Below are positions 26,710 through 41,078 of a stretch of 64,000 bases of DNA, piece by piece. The notes beneath the pieces are model-generated. The model was not told the DNA's origin. It did not search any database and worked only from the letters and a program-made list of their open reading frames with translations. A program made the translations under genes and the position numbers. The stretch is from Balanoglossus misakiensis (Eukaryota > Animalia > Hemichordata). The DNA is taken from the NCBI GenBank assembly GCA_040954595.2, contig CM082588.2, positions 6,832,202 to 6,896,201 of the forward strand, given 5' to 3'. How positions within the stretch are numbered: the first letter of the stretch is position 1; every line of letters starts with the position of its first letter.

Positions 26710-28440
26710 TTAATGTAATAGACCTTATTACGGAATACACTTTAGCTGTTGAATTCAGAATGAGAATTTCTCCAAGTGAGTCTTCATTGTTGCATGTAGC
26801 ACGCAAAACTAATATGTTTTCTTGCCCCTTGAAGAAAGAATCCTTACACTTCGCTTGTGTGCATTATTGGTTTGGAGGAGTCATCCGCGCCTATGACTAG
26901 AGTTGAAGAAAAAAGTAATATAGATCTCAGTTAATAGCAGACTATCACCTGAACAGATATCAAAGGCTTCTGTGTTTTTCAGACCTAACATCCGATCAGT
27001 TTGCAAATAAGAAGTTGACAATTTAGAAACTGTAAAATGTGAAAAATGAAATCATGTGTTGGAGAGAGAGATACATATATTATATATACTCAGGCAAGAC
27101 AACAGACAACACAATTCACTCAGTTAATCTCTCATACATTCATAATACTAATATTATTACAGACACAGGGTATTTATAATGTAACCCAAAAGGATGCTAT
27201 AAAATTTTTATCACATTGGATAGTGAATCCAACCAGCACATTTCCTGTTATAAATTTAAACATTTCATTTTTTATAGTCTCGAAATGAAACATAATAGTA
27301 CAGCACGTTTGTTTTGTATCTTGTATATGGATATGTGGCTGCAGTCTTTTCGTTCAAATAATCGCAGCTTTAGGAGGGTGTAATGTGGTGTGGTTTTCTC
27401 GTAAGTGGCATAGTCAAGAGACTGTTGGTTTCTTCTGCCCTGGGCTTTTAATTCTGATTTCTTCAAGTGCACCCCTCACTGGAAAAGTGAAAATGACCCT
27501 CGCACCCATCACAACTTTTGAAACACAGACAAGCCAATCAATATATCACAGATGGGATCCAAATTCAAAAGTAGGGAGGGTGGAAGAGGGGTTGCCCATC
27601 CTGTCTTTTAGGGGCGTCTAATCTTGTGATCGGAAATTGGCATTCTGATCACACAATGATTATGAAAGTACACTGACAACCCCTTTTCTATTTACCATTT
27701 GAAAGTAATGTTTCCCCTCCTTCAGAAGTCAAGGTTCCCCCACCCCCTCCCCACCAGAAAGAAAAATCATGCTGGTAACATGTAGTGCTGCCTTATTAAA
27801 AGCACTTTGAGGGGTTTTATGAAAATGTCCCACAGGTACCGCCATGACAGAAGTTCAAGTTTGCAATGGCTTTAATGGATAGTTGGACTGAATATTTCCA
27901 TCAGATTTTTGCAGCTCTTACAGTACAGCTTTGACAATTCACAATGATGCTGAATAACCGTGACAATGTCGCTGACTTAAATCGCTCAAACATCGTGTAC
28001 TCCCATCGATCGCTTCAATCATACACTTCACCTTTTTCACCACAATTTCCTCACGATTTTTTATCTCTGAAAATTTCCATTACAGCCAGGACCAAAGTTG
28101 ACTCAATTTTGCTCTTCGTTGAATTTTGTTTTTCCAATAGTAGGATGTTCTGTGGGATGTGTTTCTGCTAAAAGGAAAAGTCTTAATGTTAGGTTTGACT
28201 GTGAGTGAATTAAATACCATTGACGTGGCATTGTACTTTACAATGCCATAGTCAACTTGTCATCTTTAAAAAAAAATTCATAACTTTTACCACATTTTTT
28301 CTGAAATTTTGATTACAAACTAAAAACAGTGGAAAAATATGTCCACTTGATCTAAAATGAAGGACAAAAATTATAGAAAAATGGGTGAAAATGTGAAACA
28401 GATGCACTACATTTGGACAGTGAAAAAGGACTGTCAATTA

Positions 28441-28592
28441 ATATGTATGTATGTATGCATGTATATATGTATGTATATGCATGTATCATGTATGTGTATG
28501 TGTGCGTACCAGTATCATGTGTATCAATGTACATGTATGTACATGTATGTACATATGCACACAGAGATACCTGTATATGTATTCTGTGTGTA
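28441..28592. repeat. Degenerate (ATGT/GT/AC) low-complexity repeat
   Basis: Directly visible. Confidence 0.8.
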
Positions 28593-30844
28593 TATTATCT
28601 CTCTTCTCACCCCCGCATTTGAGATGACATATCGAAAATAATACCTGCTACTACCATCAAAAATGTCAGTGAAAGCAGCGGGGAACGTGATATGAAATCT
28701 ATACGGATTGTCATGTATTGTTTCGGAGCTGTCAATAATAGGAGTCAAAAGTCTCCAGGGAATCTCCCATTCAGAGCCGCATTTCAATAAAAAGAAAAAC
28801 TTCGGCAGCCCAGCGAACAATGCCTGGCCCCCCCTATTGATGTCTAACACGTCTGATATGACATTTTGAAAGCCATATGTGCAATAATCATCCCTTTATG
28901 AAAAATTTGGTCATCGCAGAATTTGTTAGGTGCAGGGGACGACATCAAATGCCTGGCCTGTCACTCACACCTGTATATAAAACAGTCAATTAAACCCACT
29001 ATACGCATTGTCCTTACATGACTTGAGCGTGCCATTTTTACAGAGATTTCCATACGAACGTGACGCGCAGTTGCGACGGCCGGTTTCTGTGTGACAGATT
29101 CGTATTCGATATTTTCCAATTTCTATCTGACTTCTATTTTATCAATGTTAGTCAAGTACTGGTGGTTTCAGTGAGCCAGTTAGTGTTCAGTCTAGGGACA
29201 TCAAATATTATACTGCCGTATTAAATGTAATTATTGTGTCTGAACTAAACTGAGTAGCATTCACTAAATGTTTTAATTGTCTACAGTTGCCATTCATGGC
29301 AGCGTATGATTTTAAGTGTCAAAATAACCATCGCTGAGAATTTATCCCCGCATAAAAATAGTAATTGCAAAGTGTACTTTTATCCCGAGCTCATATTCTG
29401 CTATTTATATGATGGTTGATGGTAACAGACAGATAAGTAGTTGTATTGTGTCTAGCCTTTTTTTCTCTGTTTACCGAGAAATTAAACTAAATTAAATCCC
29501 TTTAAGTTTCAAAACCTGTGATTAAGCTTCCTGTCCCGAAAATATTTTATCATGAGGGGTTGCTCATATTCAAGATTTAACTTGAGAATTGAAGTGTGGA
29601 TGGTGGTTCTCGTTTGCAGAGACCACAAGTCATTCACAAGTTGACAATTCTGATTGAACATTCAAACAATTTCTGAGCACAGTTCAAGATACACACACAC
29701 ATCACTCAAGTCCCTATTCCTGTTTGCTGCGTGCGTTACCTAGCAACATCATCATTTATACACATCGCTATTTTTCTATAATAAGTTTTGGCGCACATAT
29801 GTTTAGATTTAGACCTAAGTATGATTTGGCCAACAGCTGTACCCAAACTTATCAAAGCATTTGGCAATTACACAGAAATAATGACTGGCCCTGACTGTCA
29901 ATGTATACAGTTAAGACGGAGATTAAAGTTAAAAAGAAATAAACGACGACATGTACCTAAACTCATTCGTTAGAATTTCCTCTCACCTGTACCCATTTAT
30001 AAAATGACAAGTCCAGATACAGTCATTTGTTCACCATTAATATTCTCTTGAAGATTCCTGTACAGAAATTGTTCTATAGCATTCTATAGAATTCGATGCC
30101 TCTATGGAATTCAATAGAAAAAGGGCTGAAAACTACATAAAAAATCTATAGATGTCCATAGATATTCTATTAACTTCTATAGAAGTTCTGTAGGCTAGGG
30201 AATGTTTTTGTAGGGTAATTACCGTTAATCAGGGAATTCTCATGATATGGCAAAAATGTCTGTTGGGCCCCAGAATGTGTAGAATCTTGTTAGTGTAGTT
30301 GCCAGTCTCTACTAGTACCTACCAGGAGTTTTCCAACCCTCACACCCCTATTTCCCTTTGGACTGGTCTGTTTAACTTTACCACTCACAAACAACAGTGC
30401 TGAACAAATGGCCATCAACAGTTGTGAGAAACTTCTAGATAAAACTACTATGACATTTTGGAATCAAGTCTTGTGACACATACCGGTAGTGTGTACATGT
30501 AGCTCGACTCCTACAGCAGACAGACTCCTCAAGGTGTCTTTGTGTAAAGCCTTTACTGCACTGCCAGCCATATTGTTCACGGCCCATTCAACTGGTAGTG
30601 TAACAGCCCATTTGATACACTTTACGAGCGTTTTAACAGCTGTAGTACCGGGCCCTATTCAGCGGTGGTTTTATGGAGTTCCAGTGGGACAGTTACACCG
30701 TGTTGTGTCACATGTACAAGCACACTTCATAGAAAGGGCCAAAAATTATGGCTATGGCGTTTTAATTGTCGTCCAAGGTTGGTGCGGAAAACCCTTGGGT
30801 GCGATAGAAACCGATGACAATGTGTCTTTAATGTTCTGGGAGGA

Positions 30845-30872
<28 letters not shown>
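30845..30872. repeat. (TG)n microsatellite
   Basis: Directly visible. Confidence 0.9.
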
Positions 30873-30875
<3 letters not shown>

Positions 30876-30943
30876 GTGGAAGTCTGGTCAGTGGTTCGTC
30901 GTGGCTGTGTAAAGCTTGTGTGCAGACAAGACGCAAATATTAA

Positions 30944-31292
30944 AGGGACAAAGTCTCTCTCTTGCTGCCCTTTTTCCATTAATTATGTTTGATACAAGAC
31001 ACCGTTTATGTTATTCTACATGTGGATATATAGTGAATGAACGTTCGATCACACACAACTTCCATCCCGCTTGTAGACACGAGAGTGAAAAAACTCGCGA
31101 AAATGAATAATCAGTCTCTACCATTTATTCATTTTGGACGAGTTTTTACTCTCATACAATACAAGCAGGATGGAAGTTGTGTGTGGTTGAACGTTGATTC
31201 ACTATATATCCCACATGTACATTAACATAAACGGTGTCTTGTATCAAACATAATTAACGGAAAAAAGGCAGCGAGAGAGAGACTTTGTCCCT
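30944..31292. mobile_element. Family A MITE, full length
   Basis: TTAA-AGGGACAAAG…CTTTGTCCCT-CTAA; palindromic around a loop at about 31111-31124. Confidence 0.92.
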
Positions 31293-31740
31293 CTAACTCT
31301 GAGAAACAAGCTGGCTAAAAGTGAACTGTAAGCTATCACGGTGGGACCCCCATAGAAGACAGATAAATCTCGGTAGAGTCGAGGCTACACGCACAGAACA
31401 CCAAATAGAAAAGAACTGTCAGGGTCTGGTTACAGGGCATGTGGAATTAGAACAATAAACCAGGGCTGGTTTTGTTCAGCCCGGGCGCGCTCGGGGCCGG
31501 AGAATCCTGGGAGATGCTCTGAAGTGTAGATTTACAGCAAATAGACAGGCCGGGGTCGTCACCCCACACTCCGATGTGTGTTTAATGTTGATCACAATAA
31601 CTCACGGACAGGTGCCCGTTTGATTAAATTTGCAAGGAAGGGAGAGAGTGAGTGATTGCTTTGTTCCATGACCCAGCTAGTCCTCCCTCCCTGGCCTGTC
31701 CAACGTGCCCGACGGATGATTGAATTCTGGCTGATGTTAA

Positions 31741-31955
31741 GGGAGAAACCATTTTATTTCCGGTGGGAGGGGGGGGGGTTTCCAGTATGCCAGCATTTTT
31801 TTCTCAGCCACTGTTACTGAAATTTTTTTTCTATCGCCAGTCCTTTTATCTCAAGGCATTGCAGAATTTTTACCCCTTTCAAACCATCTGACAAATTTCT
31901 CTCCCAAAAATCCTCCCCCCCCCCCCCCCCCGCCAGAAATCAAATGGCTCTCCCC
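31741..31955 (+). mobile_element. TTAA-flanked Kolobok-like MITE (family H)
   Basis: TTAA-GGGAGAAACCATTTTATTTC…GAAATCAAATGGCTCTCCCC-TTAG; poly-G and poly-C subterminal runs; related right half at 55035-55164. Confidence 0.6.
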
Positions 31956-34032
31956 TTAGTACTTGGCAGTGTGTGTGTAATTGAGCTGTACAGTGTCAGC
32001 TAGACTCCGAATCATGATCACCGGTACACACATTAGCCTTGCAGTCACAAGATGCGGTTTGTACTCTTGCACACACACGCGATCATGTCTATCCCTTCTC
32101 CGATAGCGGGTGATAACTTTTCCCTGTCTCGCTAAATGTGCCCAGGAAGCGTACAAGAATTTGAGGATAAGCTGGGAATTCCAATACCCTCGAGCTGTTG
32201 ATTTTCAAGCCCCTGCAAATGTAGCCACAGAAGTCTCCCGTTATCTTTCAATAATGCACTGTCTCTAGTCTCAGTCGTGATTATAAATATTTCTTGGGTC
32301 AGATTTCTGGACTTTGAGAAAAAAAGTTTGGAAGAAAACAAATGTATCAAGTTTGCTTTTTTTAATAATGGCGGAAACTGTCTTCTTTTTCGATATTTTT
32401 TCCACTTCTGAGAGCTGGAGTTAGATTTGCTTGTGGGATTTTAGTATAAAATTGAACGTTTCTCTCAACAATAAATGCTGACACACATATATGGGCTGTG
32501 TCGGTGTTAAACCTGAATACTGGCATGCTTTGGGGATTCTAACAAGAAACTGCAGCTGATACACACATAAACAAATACTGGAAATAACAGCCAAAATTCA
32601 ACGATGGGGTCTTCACGTTTTAGCGATGCACGGTTACTCATGGGATATGACAGGGACAGGAATGGCAAAAACATATTATTCGCCGTCAGGGTTGGAAATT
32701 TCACCGCTCGATGATAATACTAGTGTGTGTCTTGCAACAAACAAGATTCCACAAATCTTTGAATCAAGTTTAGAATTCAAGGAATTTTTTTTGGAGCCAG
32801 CTCTTTCTCATTACATGTAAATGAAAACTCTGGTGCTCTTATGATATGTGTACTACATACTGGTATGTTCTGAAATGGCATGCTTTGGCCACACCCTCCC
32901 CTCTCCCCCCCCCCTCCCGCACCAGCAGGGGAGAGGAGGGTATATCTGGATCTAGTATATATGTCCAGTTGGTCAAAAGTCCCTCCCTATATGTTGTGGC
33001 TGCTCCAAAATGCTTACACTAAGTATAAAACACTCAGTTGGTCCAACTTCCGGCCAATTAAACAACCTGAAAGGTCGACTGGGGGGAAAAAATACTGCCA
33101 AAGAAAATATTGTGATTTCAAAACCTAAATCTTAAAGAGTGATGATTTTGGTTGATTCACAGAAATGGATGGTGGTGTTCCGTGAGAATTTGGCCTACAT
33201 GTCAAAACTGGATATCAGACTATGTATATCAGACTGCAAGTCTGTTCTAGCTCATACATAAACACAGCCGGCCAGAAATCCTTTCAAAATTGCAATGTCT
33301 ACAATTTCTCCTGAAGGCAAGCTTTTTGGCTGCTTTTAAAATGGATCGCACATTCCGATACTCGCGCACACACAATGTTGAACCTGTGACTCTCACAGAA
33401 AAAAAAAGTCGGTGCCTTAATTAAGCCGAGACCCTGATGCCTGATAGGACTGGGGGTTGTTATGACAAACTCGGAGGTCATACCCTCAAGGTAAATAAAA
33501 CTGCAAATCAGAAAGTGTACACGACGGGTATTTTTACACTTCGCTGGCCGCTTCGTAAATTGAAAAGGACTGGGAGCGGTTGCTCGGAGATTCAGTTTCA
33601 TCATTATCAGTGCGCCGGTTGTGGACGCTAATGTTCAATTAACGTCGAGCGTTGTTTGAGAAGAAAAGGGGGGAAAGTTTGGGGAACGCGTCCCGATTTT
33701 CCTCCTGTGCTGCTCGTGATTTCTGAAAGAAATCGTGTCAAACTTATATCTCTCTCTCTCTCTCTGCCATCTTTGAATGCAGTGCACACTTGACTCACCC
33801 AACGATACATTGCCATTAACAAAAGATGACAGTTTGATGAAGGTGGAGACGTCTGATGCGTGTACATCACGTCTCAGGTTTGGAGAGGAAATTCAGTCAA
33901 GTTTTTTTACAACTGCTCCAGTTACCCAGTAATGACAGGTTGATATTTCGAGATAAGACTGACTCCCGTATTATCTATTTTGGTCATCATCATCATCATC
34001 AGCTAATCCCATGCAGAGACATTACCGTTTAA

Positions 34033-34378
34033 AGGGACAAAGTCTCTCTCTCGCTGCCCTTTTTCCCATTGATTATGTTTGATACAAGACTTATGTTATG
34101 TAGATGTGGATATATAGTGAATGAACATTCAACCATACACAACTTCCATCCTGCTTGTATTGTATGAGAGTAAAAACTCGCCCAAAATGAATAAACGGTA
34201 GAGACCGATTATTCATTTTGGTGAGTTTTTTCACTCTCGTGTCTACAAGCTGGATGGAAGGTGTGTGTGGTTGAAAGTTGATTCACTATATATCCACATG
34301 TAGAATAACATAAACGTTATCTTGTATCAAACATATAAATTAATGGGAAAAGGGCAGCAAGAGAGGGATTTTGTCCCT
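34033..34378. mobile_element. Family A MITE, full length
   Basis: TTAA-AGGGACAAAG…TTTGTCCCT-TTAA. Confidence 0.92.
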
Positions 34379-35459
34379 TTAAAAAAACCATGGTTCGAAT
34401 TATTGCCTCTAAAATAACTTGTTTAGATGATGCCAGTTCCTTTAAAGATCAGGCTATAAATTAAGCTATTGTTACTTTCTCGTCCTCATTTCGATTGGAT
34501 TGTCTCCAAAAATACTGAACGTTTTTTTTTTTTGACATCTCCGGTGTTAAAAGCTTCCCAGATATCAATAACAGCGGTTTGCTGGGAGTGTTTATGTTTG
34601 CCGGGGCCAGCCGAGCCTCACCGAGAACATCGCATCTCTCGTGTAATGTTGTGAGCCGAGACACGTGTCTGAGTACCGCGTCGTTGTTTGGGAAAAATCA
34701 TACACCAACTTAGCAAAAGCATCGTGGAAGGTCGCGACAAGAATCGACCCCATCCCAGAATTCACTGCAGGTGAATTCGTTCCTTTTTTTTTTGCAAATG
34801 AGAAAACGATTTTGCACCTGTGTTTATTGAATTGTAATTCTATGTGACGATTTTCAGTTCTAAGATTGTTTTCTGTGTTTGGAAACAGTGTGAACGTGCA
34901 TACGAAAGTCATGTGTACTTCTGTAGTGATAACTACAGCTGTTCTGGTATATACACTACACGTACAGCGTTTATTCCAACTGACACCGCCGTGAACTATA
35001 CGAATCCAGGGGAAAGAATTTCAAACACTTAACATTCAAAGCCCAGTCTACATAAACAAATGTTTTTCGCTGTTGTGGCGAAAAGTTAAGCACCGTTGGA
35101 TATTTTGTTTCAGTGTTGCATGTAGGTATCGAGATAATGCCACGTGGAACGAAAAACAGAATACATTTGGCTAGTGCCAGGTCAGAGGGGTGAGGAAAGT
35201 CTCAGGGAATTTCGGCCAATCAAATGAGCGATATTGGTGGACTGTCATCCTACCAGCCAATCAGAACGGACGAAACATCTGTGGTACAGTGTAACCAATT
35301 AGGAGCCGTATTTCAAAATTCATGGTGATCAGAAGGTCTACTGTATGTAACAGCCATTGCAATAATAATAATAAAAAAAAAAAAATCGTTCTTAAAATTG
35401 AGAATAAAAATTGAAGGCCACCGTACAAAATTTTGAATGAGAAATTAAAATTGTCTAAA

Positions 35460-35649
35460 ATTGTAAAATTCAAAATGACAGTCATGTCTATGGAGAGAAT
35501 TCAAAGGTAGTGATTTTTATAAAATGAAGATGATAAACATGAAAAAACATGGTTCTCAAAAATACTCCTCACACACTTAGCAAAGAACTGAAAGGTTTGG
35601 AAGATTATCATTTTTTTCTGAAAATCTGTCCCCTGAGGCGCGTGCTATC
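35460..35649 (+). mobile_element. Family E element, right part
   Basis: Similar to the 26440 element; ends GAGGCGCGTGCTATC-TTAA. Confidence 0.45.
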
Positions 35650-37254
35650 TTAAAGGGCATGGCAACCAAGAGTCATGTGACACAAGACATCAGATTTGTG
35701 ACAGCCAGTCAGAATATATAGTCCTCCAAGTGACAAGGTCGCAGAAGTTAATATAATGAATATCATGAACTTCCACTTGATCAAAACACACAAAATCATT
35801 TACTGCATTGATCCCCTCGCGTGATTCATATGTTTTTTGTCACAGGGCTTCGCGATAACCGTGATTCATACGTTTACGTCCCGAGCTCCGCGATAACTGC
35901 AGTGACTGTTTCAACAAGTCGACATAAAGAGACCGTCAGGTGCTTTGTAAGTGCTTTGCACAGCAATTCATGCGAAGACAGGTAGCGTCCAGGCAGAGAC
36001 GGATAGCCAACGTGCGGGGCTGTCTCCGTGGTTACGGCGGACCGCAGGCGGGAGTGGCGAAACGGTTGCTAGGGACCCGCCAACAGTTGGGATTCTCTTA
36101 TCGTCGGCGATTGTCAAAAATTCATAATTTGTGTGTGTGGGTTCAGCCGTAGAGTACACTGCTGGTGTTATGGTGAGCATAGCACCAGGCTGTGGACCGT
36201 TTTGATTGATGCGATATATATCCAATAATTAAGTCCAAATTAGAGGCACGGTGCCAGAAAGACAGTTCAGTTGACAAACACGGTGTTCAGATGGACTGAA
36301 TTCGATACTAGAACGAAAAAAAAAAAAAAAAAAAAAAAACTGCAAAGACTGGCATGCATTTATTACCAGAGGCGAAGAATTCCACAGTGATAAGTGTCTG
36401 CTCTTGACATTACACAGAGTGGCACGCGGCTAATCTTAATTCCAACTCCGATGCGTCATTGCCACATTGAATTTTCTTGAGAAATGACTGGCAGAATGTT
36501 GTCAGTGGTTCGCACTGATATACTCTTATTGCAGCCCTTCCCAGCCTTTCACCTACTGCGATAAAAACTATTCAACTATCGTTGAGTGCTCGGTTATGAA
36601 AATTCTCTCCCCCCCCCTCCAGAAAAGTTAAAACAAATCAACGAGATAAAATAACCAGATAGAGAAAGAAGAGTAAAAAAGGAAAGATTATATTATGTTT
36701 TTGTGAAAACTGATAATATAAAATGTCAGATATAAATACATGTATTTTCAAATTTTGTCAAAGTCATATTCCCATTGGCTTAAAAGTATATAAATAAACA
36801 AAAACAAATAAATAAATGTACAGCTGTCTTACAACAACAACATCAACATTTGCAAGTAAATTTAAACCTATGAATACTGTACTACCCGACTATATTTCTT
36901 AGGCTTGGGGACGACAGGCAGACTTCATGTTTGGAGAAAGTTGACAACAATGAATATAATTTGCATCCCCCTTTTACCATAAATCTTTGGATGGGCCCTC
37001 TGTTTTCATTGGTATGGTTGGAACCATGTATTACTTAACGGGGGTGATCAGGGTTAACAGAGAAGATAAAACAGAAGACTTCATAAAACAGTGTCTAATA
37101 AATCTTGGGGTGTACTTGTTGTTGACTGTTGTGTGATTTGGTACGTGTTGAAGTCGTTCTAAAAATTTATCTACATTGTAGGTTGTAAATACTTTATGGG
37201 TTAGTTTAGTACCATGTACTTTGTTTTCTTCTGAGGCACCAGAGATCTCTTTAA

Positions 37255-37609
37255 AGGGACAAAGTCTCTCTCTCGCTGCCATTTTTCTATTAATTATGTT
37301 TGATACAAGACACCGTTTATGTTAATGTACATGTGGATATATAGTGAATCAATGTTCAACCACACACACCTTCGATCCTGCTTGTAGACACCAGAGTGAA
37401 AAAACTCACCAAAATGAATACATGTAATCGGTTTCTACCATTTATTCATTTCGGGCGAGTTTTTACTCTCATATCATACAAGCAGGATGGAAGTTGTGTG
37501 TGGTTGAACGTTGATTCACTACATATACACATTTAGAATAACATAAACGGTGTCTTGTACCAAACATAATTAATGGAAAAAGGGGCAGCGAGAGAGAGAC
37601 TTTGTCCCT
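37255..37609. mobile_element. Family A MITE, full length
   Basis: TTAA-AGGGACAAAG…CTTTGTCCCT-TTAA. Confidence 0.92.
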
Positions 37610-38216
37610 TTAATCGGTGTTCTCTCACCAAAGCCAAAGTATCACAGCGTCAGTTTCGCAAATACTGTGTGATACAAGTAGTGTATGTATGATTAGGTTT
37701 CACTGAGCGTCAACACACTTATTACGGGCAGACAGGTGGCCAACATGGCTAGTACACACACAGCTGAATTCCCATTGGACAACCCAGACACGTCTCGCAT
37801 CTGTCAGTGGAATTCTAAATTTTACGTTCTACTTGCGGGTTGGCGTAGAGGTTAATAGCATAGCTGGCACTGAAGCAGTGCAACAACAAAAAATGGTCAC
37901 TTTCTAAACCTAGAGCTTGGTGTACTAACTACTACTTGGTTTTCTTCTGACAAAATGCAAAATATGCGGACACCATCATAGTCTGTACATTAATGTTAAC
38001 GACTTGCACAGTGTCTGTTTTCCAAAAGGTAATTAATTTAGCTCAGCTGTGAATATACATGGTATCCCCAGTGTGTGTTGTCCACTCATCGTATTAATTA
38101 CTTCCTACTGGGTTCGACAATGGTCTGTGTCGTTCGAGGTGACATCCATGCTATCTCTGTTTTGTGTTGTGATGTGAATGTACCCAGATATGTTCTATGG
38201 CTTTGTTACTTGTAAA

Positions 38217-38427
38217 CTGTAAAACGGGTTATTTTTGCGACAGGAAATTTTCGCGATATCAAAAGAGGCAACTGTTACGCGAGGATTAATTTTGGCATTC
38301 TTGTATTTCGCTAACTGCATCGTTATCTCTGAAAAACATTTTACGCGACATTTTATTTTCATGTTTTTTGGGCTCTCGCGTATTTCGTGAAAAATGTCTT
38401 GCTCGCGAAAAATAACCCATGTTACAG
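38217..38427 (+). mobile_element. Family B MITE (B2)
   Basis: CTGTAAAACGGGTTATTTT…AATAACCCATGTTACAG-TA. Confidence 0.88.
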
Positions 38428-38627
38428 TATATCATTAGAACATGAATGTTGTGTACACTTCACACCTCCAAGTTCCGTTTGCCTGTAAATCTCCAGTATC
38501 TCGGAAAGAGGGTTTCATTTTCAGTCAAGTATAGCACTCAGCTCAAGTATTGCATCCATGGTAATTTACGAGGTTGTCCTTGTCTTGTAGCTATAACTCG
38601 TTTTCTGATCGTCAAATCTAAGTTTAA

Positions 38628-38802
38628 AGGGACATTAGCTGTAACTTTTGGCTTTATTTTCAGTATTTTTGTTCTGTGTACCAGATGCAATTTCTTGTTC
38701 TACTCCAAACGGCATGCTAATATACCCAGTACTCCGATTGTCAACACACCCTGTATGTGTGTAATAGTCATTATTATTGTTGACAAATGAATTCTAGTCC
38801 GG
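38628..38802 (-). mobile_element. Family C MITE, one arm up to the central palindrome
   Basis: TTAA-AGGGACATTAGCTGTAAC… is the reverse complement of the right arm of the 9293 copy; ends at agtccgga. Confidence 0.78.
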
Positions 38803-39894
38803 AGGAGATTGCATTCACAAAGAAGGAAATCAGATGTTAGGTTTGAGGTTTTTGGTTTCAGAGGTTTGTTTTCTCTCCTAATGTTTCACAGTTGAATTGA
38901 AATCGTTGTGATATTACTTCCCAAAAGTTTTATACTGTGAACAGTGAATGAGCAACCATCAGAATTTATCTCTCATTCAGAATGGAAGTTAGAGCGATTT
39001 CTGTTTTTTTTTCGTGAAGAAAAGCACTCGGCTTCCAGTTTCTTAAATTCTAACATGATCTTATTTTCATTGAATCTGTGAGAAAGTAAACATAATCAGT
39101 GAGTGAAATTCCAACTGATTTGGGTTACAAATACCAAGCTAGTAATCCCAATGAAAACCATCCATATCTGTCAGGATTTTATCTCGAACCGTTTTGTTAA
39201 TAGTCTCCGAGAATGGCCGCCTTCATTTCCCGAGTAGATCCAAATGTACGGTTTGGTTTTAATCGCCTACTTAGTTAGCTCGTTTTCCCCTTCAAACGTG
39301 CAAGTTATCTTTCTTGTTCTGTTGGGATATAATGATGTGTATATTTGCGGAGAGTCAGGGTGAAACAACTGCCACCCATAGCTCGGTGCCATTAATTAGC
39401 GTGCCTCCACCGGCTCGGTGTATTTGTATAAGAACATGTGTCTCACTGATAAACTACAAGCTATCCCGAGTTTTCCTGAGGACAGAGACGCTTTTCCCAA
39501 ACAGCATGCGGTGTGGAAATAGACCCCACTGCTGGATTTGAGGACTCGGACACCTATTGGTTAGAACCAGAGTGGCCAATCGGTGAATTCTCAACTTTGA
39601 ACTTTTGAGGACATGTTTGTAGGTTGAGGGAGACATGCACTGATTTCTATTGTGGTGACTGAGGTTGGTCTTGTCTTCAGACTTTTTATACAAATATTGC
39701 CAGGCAGAAAGAATCTGATGAAAATGAATACTGTTTTTCACATAGTATCATTCTGTGTGTCAGACATGTTGTACATGTATATTGGTTGAAAGACAGGCGC
39801 ACACATTTTATGAAGTGAATGTGTATTAAGTTTTGAAATAATAATAGTGTGTACAAATGAAGTAAATGTACTGTACTAATTATTAAGTCATGCA

Positions 39895-39923
39895 GATGAT
39901 GGTGATGGTGGTGGTGGTGGTGG

Positions 39924-39969
<46 letters not shown>

Positions 39970-39992
39970 GGTAGTGGTGGTGGTGGTGGTGA

Positions 39993-40026
<34 letters not shown>

Positions 40027-40035
40027 GGTGGTTAT
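39895..40035. repeat. Compound (GGT)n/(GAT)n trinucleotide microsatellite
   Basis: Alternating blocks of GGT and GAT. Confidence 0.97.
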
Positions 40036-40885
40036 GACGTAGGTCTTAACAACAGACCACACGTATTCTAATGCTCATATTAATTTTCAGAAGGGCATAA
40101 TTTAAACTCAGTTACATCATTTTGACATTAGGTTTTTCTTCTGATTACAACTCTGTACAAAAGAAGAACTTAGTCAGTAATTGACGAGTTTCTAAATCGA
40201 GATATTTTGACTCACACTCAAACGGCTGACATCTTTATTCCTGTTACTTACTGTGTAACTAAACAAGTTTGGTGTCTCACACTCTGACTTCATGCACTAT
40301 TTATCTGTTCGTTGACCAAAAGGAAGACCTCTTGTCCGCTGATGCTAAAAAAGGACACCTTAAAGAGCATAGCGGTTCGCTGTATCAGTCTACAAAAATA
40401 CACCAGTTAAGGATTGTTTTTGTAGCGATGAAGACACCAAAAACAAATCTAGAGGACGTGACGAATGGGTGAGATTCGCTCGGTTAAAAATGGCGCTCAC
40501 AGCAATGCATTGTGGGATAGTAGGGTTTTTGTGACCCCCAGCCTTGGCCTGTGAAAGTCTTGAGGGCATCCGCGGGTAGGCTTTTGTTTTTATAAGAATC
40601 GCGGACGGTTATTTTCGCTTTCCTGGACGCCAGATATTTCAAGGAAGGGGAGGGAAGGGTTTTTTGATTGGGTGGAAATTCCTGGTGCAGGTGGCAGACG
40701 TCGGACTCGCGGATGACGTGTTTTTTATCTGGTAGTGTTACACTGCGATGTGAAACGGTCGTAGAGTCGAGTCGATGCTGGTGGAAAAAGTGGAGCGTGT
40801 AGGCGAAAGGGGGTCGGTCAGCCGATACTCTCTGTGGTTGTGTTTTAATTGCCGTGGTAACTGTCCCAGAAACATTCTATATATA

Positions 40886-41078
40886 CTGTAAAACACTTTA
40901 TTTTCGCGAGTGTAAATTTTTCGCGATATCGAGAGAGGCCACTGTTTCGCGAGTATTAATTTTCACATTCTCTTATTTCATTCACTGCATCGTTATCTTC
41001 AAAAAAAAAATTACGCGACTTTCTATTTTCACGCTATTTTGGGTCTTGCGTATTTCACGAAAATAAAGTGTTTTACAG
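40886..41078 (+). mobile_element. Family B MITE (B1), small internal deletion near the right end
   Basis: TA-CTGTAAAACACTTT…AAAGTGTTTTACAG-TA. Confidence 0.9.
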
